Below are positions 14,301 to 64,000 of a stretch of DNA of 64,000 nucleotides, piece after piece. The stretch is from NCBI RefSeq assembly GCF_963676685.1, contig NC_092347.1:90086001-90150000 (forward strand), given 5' to 3'. Within the stretch, counting starts at the first letter, position 1. Each line of letters starts with the position of its first letter. A program made the position numbers and the translations under genes. Under the pieces are notes generated by a model that made no database searches, was not told the DNA's origin, and saw nothing but the letters and a program-made list of their open reading frames with translations. The stretch is from Mytilus edulis (Eukaryota).

Positions 14301-15254
14301 TATTGATTTGAATATTTTGGTTAAAAAAATAAACATGCTTCTCGTTATGGTGTTTGTTTGAGTACCTTAGATGATATAACTGTACGATATAGTCTTAAAT
14401 ATAATAATTGAAAAACACCTTCTGCATTGTTAAAAATGAGGGGCGAAAGATCCCAGAGGGACATTCAAACTCATAAATATAAAATAAACTAACAACGCCA
14501 TGGGCAAAAGAAAAAAAGACAAACAGACAAATAAAAGTATACAAGACACAACAAAGACAACTTAAGACTAAGCAACAAAAAAAACCCACCAAAAACTGTG
14601 AGTGATCTCAGGTGCTCCGGAATGGTAAGCAGATCCTGCTCCACATGTGGCTTAAGAAGTCACGCGCTATCTAGAAGGAGCAAGAAGTTTATTACCATAG
14701 GAATGCCGACAACTTGTTGTAAATGCTACTCTAAATTCAACAAATATGTTGTCACGATGTTGTGCTCGTATTTTTTTATGACAGATGCAGTAAAATGTAT
14801 GTAAAGATAGTCGGAGGTGACTGAAAAACTGTCGCGGCAATTATTTTAGATGCACACTGTATAAACTCAGGACGATTAACTGCATGTATCTTCCTAGATG
14901 TTATTTAATTATTTTTGTTTAATGATAACAGACGCATATAGATATTACTAATTAAATTGATTTTTTGTAACTCCAGACTTGAGTTTCTACAAATTAAAAG
15001 ACTCTTCAGTGACGGTTGTATCAGAATAGTTTAAAATAACCAAATAGAGTTCGAAGTTGAAGAGCATGGATGACACTAAAGACAAAACTTGATTTTTTTC
15101 CATATAAATTGATATTGAATGCCAGTATTGGCAATAAAGACTTTAAAATAATAAACTCACAACTATAAACAAAATAATCAGCAAATGTTTTTTAAACCTA
15201 CCAATTATACCGGATATGACACCAAATTTCATCAAACTATTCAAAAATGACCTT

Positions 15255-15837
15255 TCACTGTCGCTTTATAAAAATGTTATCAGTACAATTATAATATGTT
15301 GTTATTGCTGGTAGCGACCCTAATGATGTGCAATCGTCATCGTCAACATAAAACATATAACTAGGATCGTTTAAAACACCAGCAAGGTTATCCTTGTCAC
15401 AATCCCCCCCTGCTGCTACGCCAAAGGTGTGGATGTCTTGTTGTTTTGATAATTGAATCTCCAGATCGATTTCATCAAGATTGTTCCATCTCGCGTTTGA
15501 GAATAACACAACGAGATTTCGTGATGAGTTGAATAAGTTACTTTCTCGTATATGTTTTAAAGCATGACTTGTATTTGAAATTGTTTCCCTATATCAATCC
15601 TGACCTTCAATGCAGCGGAAATTAATTCATCGATATCAGCAGACCATGATAAAGTAAACACTTGTTCCAATTCGTCCGAATATGAAAACATGCCTATGTT
15701 TGCATCAGGATTGTAAGTTTTAATTTGTTCTACTGTTCGTCGGATTGCTGTGAGACGCGTGTTGTAATCTTCTCTTGTTTGGTTATTGTTTGTATCCAGA
15801 AGGAGAATGACCTGTGATTCAGTTACCAGAGAACAGT
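15255..15837 (-). pseudogene. Duplicate of the terminal VWA2 exon of the EGF-VWA gene with a 1-bp frameshift
   Basis: Same acceptor (tctttacag|AC TGT) and near-identical sequence to 19799-20382, but 583 vs 584 nt. It has TTT at 15584-15586 where the intact copy has TTTT, giving a TAA about 8 codons later. ORF 15255..15509 is the downstream half. Confidence 0.8.
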
Positions 15838-18139
15838 CTGTAAAGATAAAACAACAGACATGTGAAGGTGGTTAAAAAATACAAAATTTGAAATGTTTAA
15901 AACAATAAATTCATAGAATCGACACATTTTTGTATCTAAATATGTATATTGTTTTATCCTGTTATGATGAATTTGTTGGTTTATTTTAGGATAAAGTTAT
16001 TCACAAAGTAACAAAAATGAAAAATTTGGTGATTCCAAAGACCGAATAAGAAACCTTTGAATAGCCGAACCTCAATGTTATGGGCTACGAAAAGATACAA
16101 AAAATATACTAAACTATAGAATAAAGAGATTTGTATGATTGTCAATGAGTCAACTATCCACGTCATAAATATGACAGTTATCTTTTATCCTTTTTTATTT
16201 GACTAATTTGCCTCTGTTAAAGGAGTCTCTGTTTTGAATGTGCCTTGATCTTTTGGTATTTTTTGTAAGTTTACTTTTTATCAATAGAGTCCAAATGACG
16301 TGGATTTAAGGAATTTTCAAATATAGATAAAAGTAACGGCAACCATCAATGAGCGAAACTCATAAATTACATTGATAAACAGAAATTTTCCACATTTAAA
16401 CATCTTATTACAGTACCTAACTCTTTAAAAAGTCAGGAATGCATAGAAAGAAACTCAATTTTCTCCAATAAATGTACGTTCTGTTCTTTTTTCAAAATGA
16501 ATCATTATATAATGTAAGACGGCTGTTATCATTAACTATTCTAAGCGTCAGCTATGTATTTAAGACATTAAAGCAGTTACAGTCAAAACTTATATAACGG
16601 CTACAGCTATGTATACTATTAATTGAAAATCTGACTTTTTAGTTCACCCTCTTGATATGCATGACCCAATGTAGTAATATCTTCGCATTTTGAAGCTCAA
16701 TTCATAGGTCAGCTTTCATATAAGGTCATCATGACCTTAGGATTATATACAAGTTTGACTGTGAATTTATTTTTTGTTTGACAAAAGTGCGATAATAGGT
16801 GCTTACGTAAGTCGCATAATGTATTATCCAAATCACTTATAACATTACATATACAGTTTGTACTATTTCGTTAATTGATGAATAGATTCATTATCTTGAA
16901 TGATCATAAAAAAAATACGACAACTGCTTTTATTTGGTTTAATTTATTCCAGGTTTTTTTGGTGGTTTATTACAAATTATTGTACTCTACCACACAAAAC
17001 AACAAATCACTAATCATCTGACCATATGTACTGATATTTTGACAGGTACTACAATTCTATGATTGAAACAATGAGGTAGAACAATATCACTGAGTGTTGA
17101 ATGTATAACGTACCACTTGAATATTAGTCTGATATAAAATACATTCCTTCATTGTTATCATAAGCCAAACATGCAAGTAAAATCTAAACGCAAAAAGATT
17201 TGTTAAAAAAATTGACTTGATAGAGTAGAAAAAATAAAATCAATGTCTTAGATTTACCTAAATAACGAAAATCAAATTATAGAAATAACAAATTAATAAA
17301 TACTATATCAAGAATGCGTTTGTTGAAGTGCTTTTTATACCCCACTCGTAATTGAAAGTAGAAGAAAGCAAGATGAAAGTGTCTAACAGAAATAACAACA
17401 AGGGCATACACGTTACAACTCGTTCCTGTTATACGTCTGACCAATTTCAAACTCATTCCCTTTTGAAGTTCTGGCGGAAAATGTGACGAAAACTTTAAGT
17501 TTAATTTATCATATTGAAAAATACAAAAGTATCTAGAAACAGGAAATCATTGTCCGTCAGATCTTAAAAAAGCACTGTCATGCCGCTGACCAAATATAAC
17601 ATCATTCTGTTCAGTAGTACCAGAGAAAAGTGTGACAGAACAATTTGTTAGATGAACAAACGGACACGGTAAATGCAAAAAGTAAAATCCCAAAAATACT
17701 GAACTCGAGGAAAATTTTAAACGGAAAGTCCCTAATCAAATGGCAAAATCAAATGATAAAACACATCAAACGAATGTACAACAACAGTCATATTCCTGAC
17801 TTAAGTCCCCCACTAATGATATTAAACACAGTGAAAACTAAGGTCAAGTATATATTTGTATATGCGTTTTTGTTTCTTAGACAGCAATGGAAAATCATTT
17901 CAAACAGCCTTTAATAATAACATATATCCAAGAAACAATAAATTATATAAGAAATTTCAATTTTCACCAAAGATACCTTATCCTTACACTTTGCGCTGTA
18001 TGACATAAAACCAGATTTTCAAGCGTTCAAGAACAGGAAAATGTGCTGTCAGGGCAAAATAATATCGGTATTAAGGTACACACCATCATAAAGGTTGATG
18101 GTCAAATCGTTGTTAATTACTTATTACTATGGAACGCCA

Positions 18140-18658
18140 CAGATGTCTTATGTGGAACTCTGTTATTACTTTATGTCGTTTTATTATTACTTAATGGTCT
18201 TTTGTCTTTACTTAATATGGGTTTGACATAACGTAATGATGTTTTAATATAACTCAATATGGAATAGTCATTACTTAATGATATTTCGATATTACACGAT
18301 CTGGTTTCGTATTGACTTGATATAGTTCTGTCATTACTCAATATGGTTTTGTCATTACTCGATGTGGTTTCACCATTATTTAATATGGTTGTGTCATTAG
18401 TCAATGTGGTTTTAACATTATTTGATGTGTATGTGACTTAAAGTAATGTAGTTGTTTCATTACATGATGTGGTTTTGTTATTTCGTAATGATGATTTGTC
18501 TATTCTTTATATGGTTTTAACACTACGTAATGATGTTTCAAAATTTGACGATTTTACACTACTTGATGTGTTTGTTTCATTATTTGATGTGGTCTTATCA
18601 TACTTTGATGTGGTCCTGTCATTCTTTGATGTGGTTAACCCATTACTTGATGAGCTAA
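18140..18658. repeat. Degenerate 21-bp tandem array (consensus about TCATTACTTGATGTGGTTTTA), roughly 24 units
   Basis: Visible 21-nt periodicity. It produces the heptad-like ORFs 18171..18404(-) and 18469..18690(+). Confidence 0.75.
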
Positions 18659-18782
18659 AACCACGTGACCAATTCGTCTTAAACTATTAGTATCTTAGAA
18701 ATATAGTTGAATCGTCTAGGAAATTAACTTCATCTCATTTTGAATAACTAAGAAAGGTACTTAAGTTATACATTTTATTTTA

Positions 18783-19160
18783 TGTACTTGTTTGGCTTTA
18801 TAACTATTTTGATCTGATCGTCACTGATGAGTCTTATGTAGACGAGACGCGCGTCTGGTGTATTAAATTATGATCCTAATACTTGATAACTATTTACATC
18901 ACTGGGTCGATGCCACTGCTGGTGCCATTTCGTCCGCGAGGGTATCACCACTGCAGGGGCGGATCTACCCATTTTAAAAAATGGGGTTCCAACCCGGGAC
19001 AAAAGGGGGGTGTTCAAACTATATGCCCCCATTCAAATGCATTGAGCGGCCATAAAAAATGGAGGGGGTTCCAACCCCCGGAACCCCCACCAACCCCCAA
19101 ATAGATCCGCCAATGCACCAGCCCAGTAGTCCGCACTTCCTTGTTGACATGCATATCAAT
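18783..19160 (+). mobile_element. Hammerhead-containing retrozyme-type repeat (core GAAA mutated to GAGA), interrupted by a MITE
   Basis: CTGATGA-GTCT-tatgt-AGAC-GAGAC-gcgc-GTC at 18824-18855. The sequence runs on past the end shared by other copies into sequence matching the opposite end of the 10.3 kb and 49.0 kb copies. Confidence 0.75.
18954..19115. mobile_element. GC-rich MITE, hAT-like TIRs
   Basis: TIRs CAGGGGCGGATCTA / TAGATCCGCCAATG. CACCA is repeated on both flanks (imperfect target duplication of the host CACCAGCC). Confidence 0.7.
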
Positions 19161-19798
19161 TCTATAGTGCATGTATATAGTCAGAAGTGATCAACCATTG
19201 TGGCACACAGTCTGTGAACTCATGACGATTTAGAGGCACCTGTATCTGTCTTTAGAGATACCATTGATATAACAAAAGATGGGGTATAATTGCAAAAGAG
19301 ACAACTCTTCACTAGAGACCCAATGACAAAGAAACTATAAGTCACCAAACGACCGTCAACAATGATAAAATCCAATACCGAATAGTCGTTATAAAATGAA
19401 TCGAAATAACAAATGTAAAACAATTCAAACGAGAAAGCTAACGGTCTTATATATGTACAAAATATTTCCTCACGAAAAAAAAATGTTACACAGCAACAAA
19501 CGACGATCACTGAATTACAGGTTATTTACGAGTTATTTTTTATGTATGGTAGCTGTTGCATTTTGGGGTACTATATTTTAGACGATATTTGAATTTTTCA
19601 CATCGACATTGATAGTGAAAGCTAATTTTTCCAAAACAATTTATAAAAAAAACAGATAACAAATCGATACAAAATAATTTTGAGCTTAATGTTTAAAAGT
19701 AACATACGAAACAATCAATATAAGTCTCTTATACCCTAGAAATAGATAGACCGGGTATGACGGTAAATGAGTTCTAAATATTCTATAAATCTGACATT

Positions 19799-63406
<43,608 letters not shown>

Positions 63407-64000
63407 CGTGTCACTGTGAAAGACAAAAATAACCAGGAATAAAATAAATTAGGAACAAAATGCTAATTGAATGGTTATTCTAAGATAAAAATTATCCAAC
63501 GAACACCATCTACATATGCCAAACAAAGTGAAATTGAATGACTTATGTATTGTTTAATACATTTTCCGAAAATATTTTGTTCAACAAATATAACTTTATT
63601 ACTAAATAAGTTTAAAAGTTATTACATTTTATCTTTATGTAATTTGTGATATTGTTAAAAGGTTTGCAAAAAGGCGTGCAAAAGCAGCGTATTTTTGATA
63701 CCCGGGCACGTCCACTTGTATTTTTGTCCTTCTGATGAGTCAAGCCTTTTTTTACTGATTTTTATAGTTCGTTCTTATGTTGTACTGTTATACAAATGTC
63801 CCAGGTTATGAGGAGGGTTGTCGCGCTGACATGTTAAACCTCGCCACATTATGTATGTACGTTTGTTTATAATGTGTTAAATATTTGTTTTTCGTTCATT
63901 TTTGTACATAAATTAGGCCATTAGTTTTCTCGTTTGAAGTGTTTTACATTGTCATTTCGGGGCCTTTTAAAACTGACTATGCGGTATTGAATTTGCTCAT

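Noticed and set aside
63732-63760. CTGATGAG resembling a hammerhead core
   Set aside because: No stem II closure, GAAA or NUH site follows; it is part of a different dispersed repeat.

Overview
AT-rich eukaryotic DNA with spliceosomal introns. Repeat families and gene content suggest a bivalve mollusc, probably Mytilus (inference). Reading splice sites and phases by hand gives six secreted-protein genes. (1) A 4-exon C-type lectin on + (1932-6211). (2) A small Gly/Trp/Arg-rich peptide gene on - (7292-9821, with a non-coding exon near 11.3 kb). (3) A 13-coding-exon minus-strand gene (63406 down to 19799, about 748 aa): signal, RNKR propeptide, Cys-rich segment, 7 EGF, 2 VWA. (4-6) Three paralogous + strand genes for (GGGYGGWG[L/K])n proteins, all nested antisense inside the ~27.4 kb last intron of gene 3. 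The last VWA exon of gene 3 has a second, frameshifted copy (15255-15837). Two of the nested genes arose by an 8-10 kb tandem duplication with a TTAAT microhomology junction. Mobile DNA includes hammerhead-ribozyme retrozyme fragments (three with intact cores), a decayed Penelope-like RT, a deleted LTR element, Helentron-type non-autonomous elements and MITEs. No tRNA, rRNA or CRISPR was seen. Gene models come from sequence alone, with no transcript evidence.
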